Origin: Octopus vulgaris
Taxonomy: Eukaryota
Direction of reading: 5' to 3'
DNA: 64,000 nt
NCBI GenBank assembly: GCA_951406725.2
Contig: OX597822.1
Location: 105,896,001-105,960,000, forward strand
Shown: piece after piece, positions 41,507 through 56,146 of the stretch
Numbering within the stretch: position 1 is the first letter of the stretch
Layout: each line of letters starts with the position of its first letter
Notes under the pieces: generated by a model
Told to the model about the DNA's origin: nothing
What the model saw: only the letters and a program-made list of their open reading frames with translations
The model's database searches: none
Position numbers and translations under genes: made by a program

Positions 41507-41724
41507 AAGGCGCCGAGCTGGCAGAAACGTTAGCACGCCGGGAGAAATGCGCAGCCGTTACGTTCTGAGTTCAAATTCCGCCGAGGTCGACTTTGCCTTT
41601 CATCCTTTCGGGGTCGATAAATTAAGTACCAGTTACGCACTGAGGTCGATGTAATCGACTTAATCCGTTTGTCTGTCCTTATTTACCCCCTCTGTGTTTA
41701 GCCCCTTGTGTGTAGCAAAGAAAC
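41507..41724 (+). mobile_element. SINE group D
   Basis: Colinear with the other D copies. Confidence 0.85.
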
Positions 41725-42585
41725 ATATATAGCCAGATCGAAATATGTATCATCAAATTTTCCAAAGAGACATTATCAAATGATTAACTGTTGCAGCTGA
41801 GATACTGTTTAAGCTGATAAAGATCACTTGTCTGTATCGGGCATTTTGGTGAACAAAATCGATCGAGAATGAGTAAGGATTTCTAAATCTCAGGTCAGAT
41901 CATATTGTTTAGATCGCAAATACATTATTTTTGATGAGTTATCATGAAAAAGCGTAACGAAATCTTGCTATCTGTTCATTGCTAAATTGATATATAAGTT
42001 GTTGGATTTAGCTGAAGTTGATATTCGATGCCTTAAATATCAACATCAGATAATGACGTTTGCACCTACAGGGTGATTTTAAAATTGTAAGAGTTATCTG
42101 GACAGTATTGCCGCAAATACCGATCAAATATGTCATTAAATTACCGCAGACCTTTCACCATTCACCTCAAAAATTTATGCACGTGAAAACATATTCATAG
42201 GCACAAAGAAATATTTTCATATTCAGTAAATGATCACACACCATCCGGAAGTGCGCGTACACACACAGTTTTATTAAAACTGAAATTACTTCCCAAATTG
42301 TTATTCGTAACATATCCCCAGAACGCTACGTGGGTTTTGCACAAATTCGTTAGTGTTGCCGGCTAATCAGTTGCACGAAATGGGAGAAACTGAGTAACAG
42401 AACACTTTATGAAGACTTTTCGGGTTCTATAAAACACTATGTGCGTAAATCTCTTCTTTTTTTTCTTTAATCTTTAGCTGGCGACTGCAGAAGGAAAACT
42501 ATGAGTGTATTTATATATATATTTGTGTGTGTCTGTGTATGTATGAATGTGTGTGTGGCTGTGTGTGTGTATGAATGTGTATGTA

Positions 42586-42634
<49 letters not shown>

Positions 42635-42902
42635 GACAAATAGAAACAGACTATGATTTTGTACCCAGAGACGTGTCTGTTCGTTTGAATGTGATTGCAC
42701 ATGTCAGTACGTTAAAAGATTTTAAGATCCTACTCGTTTTAACATAATTTTCTACTTCATATATGATTTCTGCTTTGTCATGTAACTAAAGAAATTTGTA
42801 ACTGCTGAACAGTGAGGTGTCGACATCAGGTGTTCCACGATGATATTTCCGAAGAAAACGATGATGAATGGTTCCTTGTGGAATACCGTCTACTACACTA
42901 TA

Positions 42903-42991
<89 letters not shown>

Positions 42992-44226
42992 TAGTTATGA
43001 TTTATTTGAATATGCCAGGTTGTATTTGTGTAAAAACTACTCATGCCTTACGAACATTGCTGAGAACTCCCTGATAGACATGACGTAAACAAAATATATT
43101 TATCATTCATATAATTGTATTTATTCACTTTTAATGCATTCTTTCATTCATTCATTCATTCATTTCCCCACATCATAATTCGTCTTTTGTCATTTAAAAA
43201 GTGGGATCTTATTTTTTTTTTTATAAACCTGTTAATGTTTTTTTCATAATCATTTCAATGCATCAGAAAGTATAAATATTTTGCACTAAATTAAGAACGT
43301 TTGCAATCAGACCTCAAGTAATTTACAATGGTATACATCCTACCTTGTATGCTTTGGTAAGACTGTATATCTGTTATCCAACCATACACACAAGGTGAGA
43401 TGTAACACCTGAGCACCATCTGTACGTATCAAATCGATTGATCGGCCAGTGTGATGCAGAACAACATTGACGACTATTACAAGCACCCAAGCAATAATAA
43501 ACCGCGGATTCATATATCGTGGATTTCATCTACTGTTTCCTTGTTGTTATTTGATGTTGTAATGTTGTTTTGTTTTTCTTACTTTCTGCTTTGTTGAAAG
43601 ATGTAGTTATTAATCCTGTGACGGAATCCTTTGTTTCATTTAATATTGAAAATATTGGAGTGTTGCTGTTCATTTATAATTGATATAGCGTTTGTAAAAT
43701 GCGTTAGTGCATGTAAGAAATATGTGAATATGTCATATATTAAAAATTGTAAAAGAAACAATATCAATTCTAGTTGTATTTTCTTGGTTTGTAGATTATA
43801 CTATTTTTTTTTATATATATATTTTCATTTCTCTATTATTTTTTTTTTTTTCATTTCATTCTTATCATGACGGAAAAAATTATTATTACAAGTGACAACA
43901 GATATAAATATTATGAAGTTGGAATTTAGCAATGTGTATTATTATTGGAATTCTATCTAGAAGAAGTTCGAGGGTTAAAAAATATTTCTTGAAAGAATTT
44001 TATTAAATTGAGCAACAGTCTCGTTCGCATCTTTATTGATTTAGCCAAACGACTCAAAATGCTTTTTCATTGGATAGGACAATGGCAATGCAGAAAATAT
44101 TTTCAGGCAGTCTTGTTTCATTTACACTAATTAAAGCCACAATACCTCTCACTATTCATCATTAAAAAAGAAGCTGTAACGGGGGCTCTGTTTCATTATC
44201 ATATTTCGGATGGATATATATATATA

Positions 44227-44279
<53 letters not shown>

Positions 44280-44468
44280 CTGCGTGTGTGTGTTTGCATT
44301 TCGAATAACGGGGCTATGCTTCCTGAATATATTTCGAATTTGCGCTGATAGATAATGAAATACATATAGACATATATACGGATGGACGGGTGTATAAATG
44401 GATGGATGGATAGATGAATGGATGAATGGATGGATACATGGATGGATGGATAGGTGGATGTGTACATA

Positions 44469-45388
44469 CGAGGTATTATCAAAATGTTCCTGTACTAGTT
44501 ATAATTTATTAAAAAAATTACTTCTTTACCTAAGTTTAAAACAACATCTCCAAAATAGTCACCTTGTGCCACAATGCACCGGTCCCAGCGATCCCCACCA
44601 CTTTAGCGTTCCTGCCACGTTTGGAATCCGTCATGGAAGTCATTTTCTGTAAAGCGAATCGAGAACTCTGCGATTCGCTCTTGATCTGGATAACAGTGCT
44701 AAAACGGTGACTTTTGAGCAGCATTTTCATCTTGGGTAAGTGATGAAAGTCCGTAGGTGCTAACTCGGGCGAATAGGGCAAGCGCGGAAGCGAAACCCTG
44801 TTTCTTTTCGCGAGAAAATCACGAGTGAGAAGAGCTCAGTGAGAGGACGCATTGTCGTCGTGAAGAATCCAATTTTTCGTGCTCCACACATCGGGCCGCT
44901 TTTGCCGAATATCCTCCTTCAAAAACTTGAAAATGTTGTTGAATCTACTCCGATGATCATCATGCAAAAGCTGATGAATTTTCTTCACGTTTCTGGGGTT
45001 GACTCTCGTAGCAGGACCTCCACATCGCTCATCCTCTTCCAGAAATGTTTTTCCGATTTTGCAGCACCCGTGCCGCCCGAAACATTGCATACGACCCATT
45101 GCCTCTTCGCCGTAAGCTTACCATAGAATGCTTAATGTCTCTGTACCAGACTTACCAAGCTTAACGGAAAATTTCACGTTTGTTCCAACGTACTGTCCGT
45201 GACAAGAATCGCTGACCACAGCATGTACGTGATCACAAAAGCACAAATTTCACAACTCCCGAACTAATCACAGCAATGCCACTCGGCGCAGGCGCACTGC
45301 CTCATGGAGATCACTGCACACGCAACCATGTGATGTCATTCGTTGGCGCGCTACAGAATTAGTCCGGGAACTTACTGGTACCCACTCG
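44469..45388 (-). mobile_element. Internally deleted mariner transposon
   Basis: Motifs EDERCGGP, WILHDDNASSH and PYSPELAPTDFH across frames. Degenerate TIRs (cgaggtattatcaaaatgttcctgtactag / ttagtccgggaacttactggtacccactcg) in a TA context. Confidence 0.85.
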
Positions 45389-45390
45389 TG

Positions 45391-45424
<34 letters not shown>

Positions 45425-45426
<2 letters not shown>

Positions 45427-45773
45427 AAGGAAATGAAGAAAATGCTGACAAAATAATTTAAGTAAGGGAGAGTGTATTTAATTAGGTGGAAGTTCTTTTT
45501 ACCGGTTGCGCATTTGTTATGCTTATCAAAAGATAATTTTTTAAGAGAGAAAGAGTTCCTTTCTGATAGATTTTTTTCTCTTTTCTGAAAAGAGAAAAAG
45601 AGAAAAAAATGTATCAGAAAAGAGAAAAAAATCTATCAGAAAGGAACTCTATCTCTCTTAAAAAATTATCTTTTTGATAAGCATAACAAATGCGCAACCG
45701 GTAAAAAGAACTTTCACCTAATTAAATACACTCTCCCTTACTTAAATTATTTTGTCAGCATTTTCTTCATTTC

Positions 45774-45778
<5 letters not shown>
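45425..45778. mobile_element. Foldback element in (TA)n, ~164-bp near-identical arms, with a hammerhead-like variant in each arm
   Basis: Arms 45425-45588 and 45614-45778 are reverse complements. The right arm at 45674-45703 reads TTGATAA gcat-aacaa-atgc GCAACCGGTA. Confidence 0.8.
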
Positions 45779-45831
<53 letters not shown>

Positions 45832-45879
45832 GTATGCATGTAGATATGGGTGCCTGTGTATACAATATATGTATATACG

Positions 45880-45925
<46 letters not shown>

Positions 45926-46864
45926 GTTGGTGATCTGATACAACCATATATAGACCTATGTTTTATGTAATATTTGTGTGAGTAATATATTGGCTTTTAA
46001 GCGAGAGTATGTGTCAAGAAAGATAAATACTTCTTTTAAAATGACAAATGATGTTTTTAACACAGCCGTTAAATCAATCAACCTAACTAAATTGAAGAGC
46101 AGCTGTTAGATAACAAATGTTGCGTTATTAAAGTTGAGCGATAATGAGGTTTTTGCACTCAATTAAGCGTCAAGTCTAAAGATGTAGAATAACGCTCATT
46201 TTTTTATGAATGCAAATTATCCTTGAAACACCTTGGTGTGTTAGCTGTCAACGAATGTTACTATCCGTCAAGACGGATGCCTGAACGTGGTTTCGGTTGA
46301 TGTGGAAGACACGAAGAAATTACATTGTCTTTCTCCAACAGAGACCAGCAAGCAACGATATATTTTCAGGGCTTCAAATATATTTCTATTGCTTATAAGA
46401 GATCGTAGATAAATATTGAAAATATACTGTACATATTAAAAATTTCTGAACTCAATGATCATCAGTTATACGCTCTGGTCCATGCAGATACACTATGCTA
46501 TTAATGCCGTTTCGATTGAGACTGAAGATCAAATACTTTACTATAAACATAATGACCATCGTTGTTATTACAATGATAGACTTGCCCTTCATAATTATTC
46601 TAAATGACAACAAGGTATCATTACTATACATAGGCATAAGCATGACTGTATGATACAAAGATTGCTTCCCAACCACATGTGTTCCGTATTCAGTCGTGAC
46701 ATATCGAGTAAGTCTCTTCTACTATAGCCTGGGGCCGACCAAGGCGTTGTGAGTGGATTTCGTAGACAGAAACTGAAAGAAGCCTGTTGTACATAAGTGT
46801 GTGCGTGCGTATATACTCATATATGTGTATACACACACATATACATATAGGGTTAGGGTTAGGG

Positions 46865-46984
46865 TTTGTTTTGCAAAATAGTGGTTTTGTCTCGAATTAA
46901 TATTATATAATATTTTACTATAAAATTGGATTTAATCCTAAATCTGATTTTTTCCCTGTAAATTTGGATTTATTCCCTAATATT

Positions 46985-46990
<6 letters not shown>
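46865..46990 (+). mobile_element. Single-arm copy of the 13770 family, abutting (TTAGGG)3
   Basis: Reverse complement of ~13770-13893. Followed by (TA)n and preceded by tagggttagggttagggtt (46848-46866). Confidence 0.7.
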
Positions 46991-47019
<29 letters not shown>

Positions 47020-47478
47020 TTCAATAAGATATTATAACGATAAATTAATATTATGATATACTAAATACATTATAATATATGTGGCTAAAACAATAAAGAA
47101 AAAAAGTCAGAATACACAAATAAGGGTACAACATAGAACCTACAGATGCTAGAAATAAGAACTAAAATATATAACTCGAATATCCACACAAAATCACCAG
47201 CCTCATGAGATGTTCGAGAAGCAAGCTATCTCTTTAACCTGGAGTTGTTTGTGGATACCCCCGAAGAGAAACGAAATCTTATTGGTTAAGTTTCGAAATC
47301 ATATGGCAGGGTCTTATCAAATTACTCCATTCAGCGAGTTTTATCTCGCAGGAGAAAGGTGTTGTGGCTTGCCGCTTGCACATCCTTTGAACTTCTCATG
47401 ATGTTGGTGACTCTGTGTGGCTATTCTAGTTGTTTTTAGCAATTGTTGATGCTACTCTGCACCCTTATTTATATGTAT

Positions 47479-47542
<64 letters not shown>

Positions 47543-47619
47543 TCACAGAGAGGGACATAGTCAATGCATCCATTCATACATCAATCCGTCCATACATAAA
47601 TACATACATACATACATAC

Positions 47620-47945
47620 ATACATGGTGCCTGCCCCCTCGTTATAGAGTATGGCCATTGCACGTAGCTTAATCAATGTTGTTATCGTGCAATGCCTGTG
47701 CATGAAGATTTTTTTAAAGTGAGGAAAGGCTGTGCACTGAGTCAATCCCACTCACTAAGCAACAGCAGCCATAATCCGAAAAGAAGTACAAGTCAACATC
47801 ATCGGTAACCACTGAGCCGCAGGTTTTATGTCGGAGTTATACCAGTTACCTGAGTTACCTTCTCCTAGAAGGATGCCCTAACAAAGGCTGGGAGTCCGTC
47901 ACTCCTAATGGTTTAACCGTGCGATCGGGTATTCAGTCCGATTAT
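47620..47945. mobile_element. Possible RTE-type LINE/SINE remnant
   Basis: GC-richer block between microsatellites. It contains CCTTCTCCTAGAAGGATGCCCTAACAAAGGCT, reminiscent of RTE 5' regions (from memory). Confidence 0.3.
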
Positions 47946-49658
47946 TTCTATGTCCCCGCGCATACACACATACACACATTCATACATGCATAATGTTAAG
48001 AGAATATATTGAAATGAGTGAAGCCAGACATATTAATGCAGAAGCTGAATCGAGTTAATAAGTAGGACGCAGAAATGCAATGAAATTTTTGGGCATTTCA
48101 TTGTAAACGATATTTTTTTTAATAAACTGTAAGCAATCTTTTGTATTTTAGCAAAATGAAAAATATCACTTAATAGTATGGAAATGACAAAAAGAAATAA
48201 TCGTTTCAAGCGAGATATTATTTAAAATATTGTAGTATTGATTTGAAATAAACCACTTGTATTCGAATAGTAAAGGCACCATGTATTTGTCATTTAAGTA
48301 ACAATTTTGACGGAGTAGCCTGAAACGATTCTATTCTACGTAAAGACAATTCCAATCAAAACCAACACATAAGTACTTGATGAACAAGAACAGATTTAAA
48401 GATTCCACAACATAGAATGGAAGAAGTAAATGAATAAACAGATAAGCAAAACGAAAATATTTTAACTCTAGTGAAACAATTTTCTTTTATGTTGTGTGTA
48501 AATTCAACATTGAAATCAGAGAAAAATGTTATTAGAAAGAGTGTTATATTTATCTAAGCCACAATGGCGGTAGTTACTCAAATTGAAATGATTTTGCTTC
48601 AGTTGAATATATAGGAATGCGTAAAACATAACATATTTATAATGATGTGGTTAAGCTTTTGATACAAAGAAAGGATTCCAGGCTTAATGCTTTCCCTTAA
48701 GAAAAGGAAATTGCAGTTTCGTACGAAGACCATCAGAAGAAGAATATTAAATCATGGCGCACATTTGCTCTCTTACTGCCAGAACCATTTCTGAGAATTA
48801 CATTATTTATGAACGTATGTCTTTGTTGTAGTATTAAAACCTTAGGAAGAATATTGCAGCATACGGGAATTACAACATATATGATATAAATATAAGTAAT
48901 TTTTTTCTATACATAGAAACTAAATCTAAACATCGGTATTTATCTAAAGAAAGGAATAGTTCGATTGTGGAACAATTATAATCTCTGCTTGTTGAGTTCT
49001 GTTTTTTTTCTTTTATGCTGCATGCATTCAATGTCATTTTTTACCTCCTTTGTGAAACAAGACAGATTGAAATTGGTTTTCAGTTGGGTGATCTCATTCA
49101 CTGTGTGATTGCCCGGAGGGTTCTGATATTTTCAAGAGTGTTGAAACTATCGATATTGAGTTTAGTGTTTACTCAGCCGAAGGTAAGCTCAGAGTTGTAA
49201 TTTTAATATCGAAGAATAATGGTGTGTCATCGACCACCCCCAAGGCACACTTTAAGAATGTTTTCATATAGAAACAGAGAGAGATAGAAAAAAAAAGAGA
49301 TAAAATATGAAGGAAAACCTAGTGGTATATTTCTCTATACAAAACAAATATAATCTATTTTTAATTTCAGATCATAAAACATTTGAGCAATCTAACATAG
49401 GCTTAGTGTAACAACATATTCAATTTTCAGATAATATTTCCCTACGATATATATTTTTTTTTTAGTTTTTGGAGAACAAAGCGTTATACATTCTTGTGTT
49501 TTCAATCTCATTTCGACATTATTGTATACATGTGTAAATATGGTATGATATATTTTAAAGAGATATATTTATACTCATATGCATATGTTTATTGAAGGTT
49601 TGAAGTTTACTTTTTCTGTTTTCACACACACGCACGCACACACACACACAAATACACG

Positions 49659-49712
<54 letters not shown>

Positions 49713-49797
49713 GCATACGTACTTACATACATACATATACAACGATATTTACAGCAATGTATACACATGCTGCACATACATAATTTTAAATGTATAC

Positions 49798-49843
<46 letters not shown>

Positions 49844-49879
49844 GCGTATGAGTGTGTGTACACATATGATAACACTTGC

Positions 49880-50158
49880 CACGCAGTTAAATGCTTAGTG
49901 TGTAGCAATCATGTTCGTAAGATTGTGGTTTCGATATCGCGCCGTGTTCTTGAGCAAAACACTTCATTTCACTTTGCTCCGATTTACTTACCTGCAAATA
50001 TATGTGGACTGGAGCAGTTCTACGAAGGATTGGCTTTCTGTTTCTGGATACCTTGGCTAGCACGCTTTAGCAGCGAGGTGGCGTCATTCGAAGTCCACGA
50101 CAATGCGAGGAAGGGCATTGTGATCAGCGGTGTATAACATCCGAGAGCCTGGTCCATA
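49880..50158 (+). mobile_element. Decayed SINE, core B + tail 2
   Basis: gtgttcttgagcaaaacacttcatttcac is followed by gcgaggtggcgtcattcgaag...gcattgtgatcagcg...gcctggtc, as in 8660-8757. Confidence 0.7.
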
Positions 50159-50640
50159 CAATGATATATCTTTACGCACGTATGTATATATGAATTTGTG
50201 TTTACGCGTGCGTATGATTTTTATCATCCTCCAAAATCGTTACTCTTACTGGCCAAACATCCGTACCATCCTGCCGACCGGCTAATAGTAAAGCTTTTGT
50301 AAGGCTGACAGAATCTTTAACACGCCGAGCTAAATGCTTAGCGGCATTTCGTCCGTTTGTACATTCTGAGTTTAAATTCCGGCAAGGTCGAAATTGTCTT
50401 TCATTTCTTTTGCAGTCGAGAAAAAAAGTACTCGATGTAAACGACTAACCCAACTCACCTAAATTTGAAACCAAATTTGAAAACAATATTTAAGTTTTTC
50501 TTTAAAATTAAACAAAGTCAACAGCACAGAAGATTAAGCATTCAAACTTTGGAAGCTGACGTTCTTTAAGAACTCCATAATCGGGTGACAAGAGCGCTGC
50601 AGCAGTGGTCCGGTGAGCGTACCACTACAAGCCTGTAACA

Positions 50641-51050
50641 TACCACTCCATCAGACACCTACCATATTCTGAGCACCTTGTTTCCCTGGGCATGGATTCA
50701 CTGAAGCTCCGGCGTCTGGCGACGGACTTGGTAAACACCCACAAAGTTATCAACCACCTCACCAACAACAACACTGAACACCTTTTTGATCTCCATGTGT
50801 CTAACACACGTGGACATGCCTACAAGGTCAGAAAACAACACAGCTCCCATGACTTTCGGAAACATTTTTTCACGCTCAGAGTTGCTGAAGCATGGAATAA
50901 ACTGCCTGCGTCAGTTGTTGACTGCCATGACACTGCATCCTTTAAGGCCCTCATGCTTTCCGAAATCCGCCGAAACTACACCTGATTATATATACACTTT
51001 AGATGCGTTGTAGTGCACCTGAGCACTGTACACAATTATTATTATTATTT
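50641..51050 (+). mobile_element. CR1-clade LINE 3' end (different family)
   Basis: ORF 50692-50985 reads SLKLRRLATDL...NTRGHAYKV...FFTLRVAEAWNKLP...SFK, followed by a short 3' UTR and a (TTA)n tail. Confidence 0.85.
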
Positions 51051-51298
51051 AGATTCCACCAATTGAACAACCCTATGTTTTACAGTTACATAAAGTCGTC
51101 ACCAGCCACAATCAGTAATGTGCTTCCAATTCTACACGATGGAATCATCTTCTCTAAGTCTAATCCTTTCCCGAATGAACAAAGCAGGATGACAGCAGGT
51201 GATAAGTGGATTGATTCTCTCATTTAACGTGCTGTGTGTAACATTTAATGCCAAACATTATGTTACTTAACGTTAGTAATAATGTTACTTATGACAGT

Positions 51299-51686
51299 GG
51301 AATGGAAGCACTCCGTCGGTTACGACGACGAGGGTTCCAGTTTATCCGAATGAACAGAACAGCCTGCTCGTGAAATTAACGTGTAAGTGGCTGAGCACTC
51401 CACAGACACGTGTACCCTTAACGTAGTTCTCGGGATATTCAGCGTGACACAGAGAGTGACAAGGCCGGCCCTTTGAAATACAGGTATAACAGAAACAGGA
51501 AGTAAGAGTGAGAGAAAGTTGTGGTGAAAGAGTACAGCAGGGATCACCACCATCCCCTGCCGGAGCCTCGTGGAGCTTTAAGTGTTTTCGCTCAATAAAC
51601 ACTCACAACGCCCGGTCTGGGAATCGAAACCGCGATCCTATGACCGCGAGTCCGCTGCCCTAACCACTGGGCCATTGCGCCTCCAC
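51299..51686 (-). mobile_element. SINE, core A + tail 3, 12-bp TSD
   Basis: TSD ACTTATGACAGT at 51287-51298 and 51687-51698. Near-identical to 56919-57298. Confidence 0.88.
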
Positions 51687-52065
51687 ACTTATGACAGTAC
51701 TTAACTGGTGATTGGCCAGTTGGATCGGTACTTTGCACTTCTTTCTAATTTAATGATAATTGTATTTTGCAATTAAACCGAAATCTAACCTCAAATTTAG
51801 CAAAGTTAACTGTTTTGTCTGCTTAACAGACATCGCTGATGCGTGTGTGCCTGTGTGCCTGTGCGTGCGTGTGTGTATGTATGTGTGTATTCATGTATGT
51901 ATACATGTATGTGTGTACGTATGTATGCATCTATATGTGTGTATGTATGTATGTATGTATGTATGTATGTATGTATGTATGTATGCATGCATGCATGTAT
52001 GTATGTAGTGTGTATGTATGTATGCATGCATGTATGTATGGATATATGAATTTATAATTTTTTTT

Positions 52066-52382
52066 TACTCTCTTACTTATTTCAGTAATTTGACTGCAGC
52101 CACTTATTCTTTGCAAGCGTAGTACTTATTCTATCGGTACCTTTTGCCGAACCGCTAAGTTACGTCAACGTAAACACACCAACATCGATCGTCAAAGCAA
52201 TGATGGGGGGACAAATGCAGACTCACAAACACACGCACACATATTTCAGTTTCCACTCACAAAGATTTGGTCGGCCCGAGCTATAGTAGAAAACACTTGC
52301 CCAATGTGTCACGCTATGGGACTGAACCCGGATCCATGTGGTTGGGAGGCAAGCTTCTTACAACACAGCCACTCCTGTGCCT
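52066..52382 (-). mobile_element. Decayed SINE group C; other partial copies at ~31070-31288 +, ~46632-46795 +, ~62688-62880 - and ~63901-64000 +
   Basis: Colinear blocks with deletions. Confidence 0.7.
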
Positions 52383-53941
52383 ATACGTGCAGATTTTTAT
52401 GTTTTGCTCTATGTATGTATTCTCATGCATATACTTGCATATCTAGACATGCTTATATATACTTAAATAATAAACTGAAAAGTTTTACAGTTCCAGTGAT
52501 GGCTTCCATCTGTTCGAATCAGCTTTCTTCTTTCTGGTTTGCGAAGCCTAATTTCTGAAGATTAGTATTTAGGCAGAGTGTTACATATTCCAGTGCCCCA
52601 ATAATTACAGGTATAAACCTGAATTTGTAATCTGAATAGAGTGACTGCAAATTTCTCAATAGTTCAGCGTAGGTTTCTTTTTGTAACTGCTATTCAGTTT
52701 TATGTTAACATCTGCTGGGCAGCTGATTTCCACCACCGCACCCAGTTTATTTTTTCAATTCCAGATCATTATATCATCTCCATTGTGTTTATATTTTATT
52801 GAAGTTTTCACTGGGGCATTCCACTATGTATGTATGTATGTACGTACGTGCCTATGTATGTAAGGGCGGATGGATGGATAGATTTATAGATAGATATGGA
52901 TTTATATATCCAGTAATGTCTGTTGATATATAGATATGTATGTATATATATGTATATACATGAATACCTTATAACCCCACCCTCTGTTTGCATTCCCTAA
53001 TCAAGAAGCTCAACTTTGCCGGTCAACCCTTTTTCAGAGTACACGATACGCCTGTCCATACTACAGTCACCATTCATCACCTCTTTGCCAATTCACAGTA
53101 AGAACAGCAACAAATCTAAGTTCGCTTTCTTTCCCAACTCCCTTGATCATTGTAAGTCGTAAATCTTTAGCAATCATTCGAAGATTCAAAGAAAAAATTA
53201 TATATCTTAGAATATTCGGCGTATTAAGCAATATTTTTCTTTCTAATCATTAAATTAAATATTTACCGAACGACTACTAACTCAAGCACGAAGGTGAGCT
53301 AAGGCGAGCCGGAAACATATCAGGTACCATGAAGTTCAACGGCTTCAACGAAACTCAGAGCATAGGTAGCTGGCCTTCCATTACTGAAACATAAAGTTTT
53401 TCGTACTCAATGGAAAATATAGAAGAGACAATCATTGTAAGCCAGGTGATTTTGCATAAACAATACATCAACAAGTTACTTAGGAATTACAGACCACTCA
53501 TTTAAGATTACTTCCGCCAGCGCACAATCTCCTTCCGTCGTTGCAACTGGAGAAATATTACAGCTTTTTGAAAGCTTATGTGGAAAACCTAAGATAGATG
53601 AGAGATCATTTATATCTGACCGCCTTTATTAGATAAAGCACAGGCATTTATGAACGAGGTAAAATCATATTGTCTCTGATTCACAGAGAAACTCTACATC
53701 CTCCAATATTGAAACCTAATAGTAAAGAAAAACGAACTAATTTCGATTTACCGATGCATTTACAAATTCCTCCTTGATAATTTCAAATTTGTCTACCTTT
53801 CATGCATGACAGCTGTTATCTTCGAAAGCCTATCGTTTAATACGATCTGTATTTATGTGTACCGTCTGGTGATATCTTATTACTTTCAAATCTGTTGAGG
53901 TGTACGATGAACTGGCTATCTCAACCCTCGCTTCGTGCTGT

Positions 53942-53984
<43 letters not shown>

Positions 53985-56146
53985 CTCATATATCAATATG
54001 TATTAGATTCCAAACACTTCTAACAAAACACAAATGTTATATATCTGTGCTTTATATATTTGACCCTCACCATAAATTACGAATATATATATATATATAT
54101 ATATATAGCACAACGATTAGGTGCGCACGGCGCGAGCACAGGTGTGTGGATGTGTGTCGCTTTGTGTATGTGTCTGTTTGCGTGAATACGTCTGTTTTAA
54201 AATCAAAGTAGTAAGATATAAATATGTATAAAGGAAGAGACATTAAAATAATGTGAATATTCGCATAGATTGTAGAGTGGACATGGCATACAAAATGTAC
54301 GATGGAAAAATGAATGTATGAATAATAAAGTTTTATACTAATATATGATGAAAGAGTGCGTATAATGAATGCCGAAAGAATCTATTATAGGAACTGAAAA
54401 TAAAAAAAGAAATATAAAAGACTGACTTAGTTGAAGCAACACTAAATAATAAGGAAGCGTTTGTTTCTTGTCTGAGGAAGATGAGTGCTCAGAGCTTTTG
54501 TCAACCATAGTCTTTCCTCGAATAAGGAGTCGAGTTTTTATTGATGTTTAGTTCTAGGGAAGCCTTTACAGAGCAAACATAGCCAATGACAGTCTAGTCG
54601 TGATCCTCCCGAATATTATTGGAACGGTGTGTCTAGGACGTCATGACACAAATTGTACTTTCTTTTTAAATAGTTGTGTGTGATTTTGAGGGCGGTTTCG
54701 TTACTATATTAACCAGGTGGCTCATGAAACGAAAGACGTAGTTATACATCAAACTTACTGGTTGTAACTAGAAATTGATATTGATAAAAATAGCACTATC
54801 TACATTTAGAAATGGTTATGGAGCGTAATTTGATTTCATATGTTTTAGATGTTCAACACAGCATAACATTTTTACTAATGTTTGGTTTTTTTGAAGATTT
54901 TTTTTTTATCTAAAAAAATTATGTTGTGACGATTTTATGGGTACAAAATCCCAGCTTAAAGAGTGAAAATTACAAAATCATTATTCAAGTTCCAACTCAT
55001 GGAAATTAAAAGATATACGTCTTGCGTTGCATATTCTTTGGAAAATGAAACCCATGATGATTTAAGAGCTGCAGTACATACATTAGCAATAGATTGAATT
55101 TAATGAAAACGATACCTTACACTATATGTTCTCGTTTGATATCGCCTAAAAATGATAAACACGAATATAATCGCGAATGTTTTATAATGTTTTTGTACAA
55201 AAATCGAGATTTTCATATTAAAACATATGTTTCATATCATATTAACGGATACATTTTTACAAAAATTCTGCAAATCAATACCGTAGGTGTATCGATTAGT
55301 CACGATTTTTATTCTTGGCAAACATATATATCTTGGAAATGACGAAGAAATGCAAAACTGCGTATAGATTTATTGATGATGGATATAATAAATCACTCTA
55401 AAGCAATCATCAAGCCTCATTATTTGATAAATTCAAACTGTGTGACCAATAATTTCTGAAGTGGACAACATAAACAAAGAAAAATATAACATGATATATA
55501 TCGATGGAATCTGTCGCGGTGCTCCAGTATAGTTTAAAAGAAACTAAAAAAAAAAACCAAGGCAAAAACCACTTTTCTATTATCTGAATACCTGTATAGT
55601 GTTACTCTGTTTTATTTACGGAGACGTAATATACAACCTAAGCAATTTTCTCTTCGAATCTTTTCACTCTTAGTTCAAATTTCGGAGAAAATCAAGTTTA
55701 ATATTTATCTTTTCTGAATCTGTAACTAAAGCAGAAATCCCATACTAAGGTCCATTTTCTCCCTTTTATTTAAGAGTTCTTTTTCGGTCTGGGGAAATAT
55801 TAGCTGTCTTCATTTTTGGGGAGGAATCAGCTCTGCACCTTTAAAGATGTCCAAGACAGGAAGTATGTCAAAATTGCAGCCCTACAACTCTTTGAAGAGT
55901 TGGGGCACAAAAGAGGGCAGAAGTATTATATAAACGGAATAGGTCAATATTTGAGTCTTTTTCGCTCATTCAATTAATAAAAGGTAGAAACATTCATTTG
56001 AATTCTGTCATACAAGCAGATATTATCAAGCAAAATTCCTACGTGTACCTCGTCATTTAGCCTGCTAGAAATAGATGCTAAGTTACGCTTAAGCAGCATT
56101 TTCCCATCTTAAAAGAATAGTGCATTCAATAATATCTAAGACTCAA

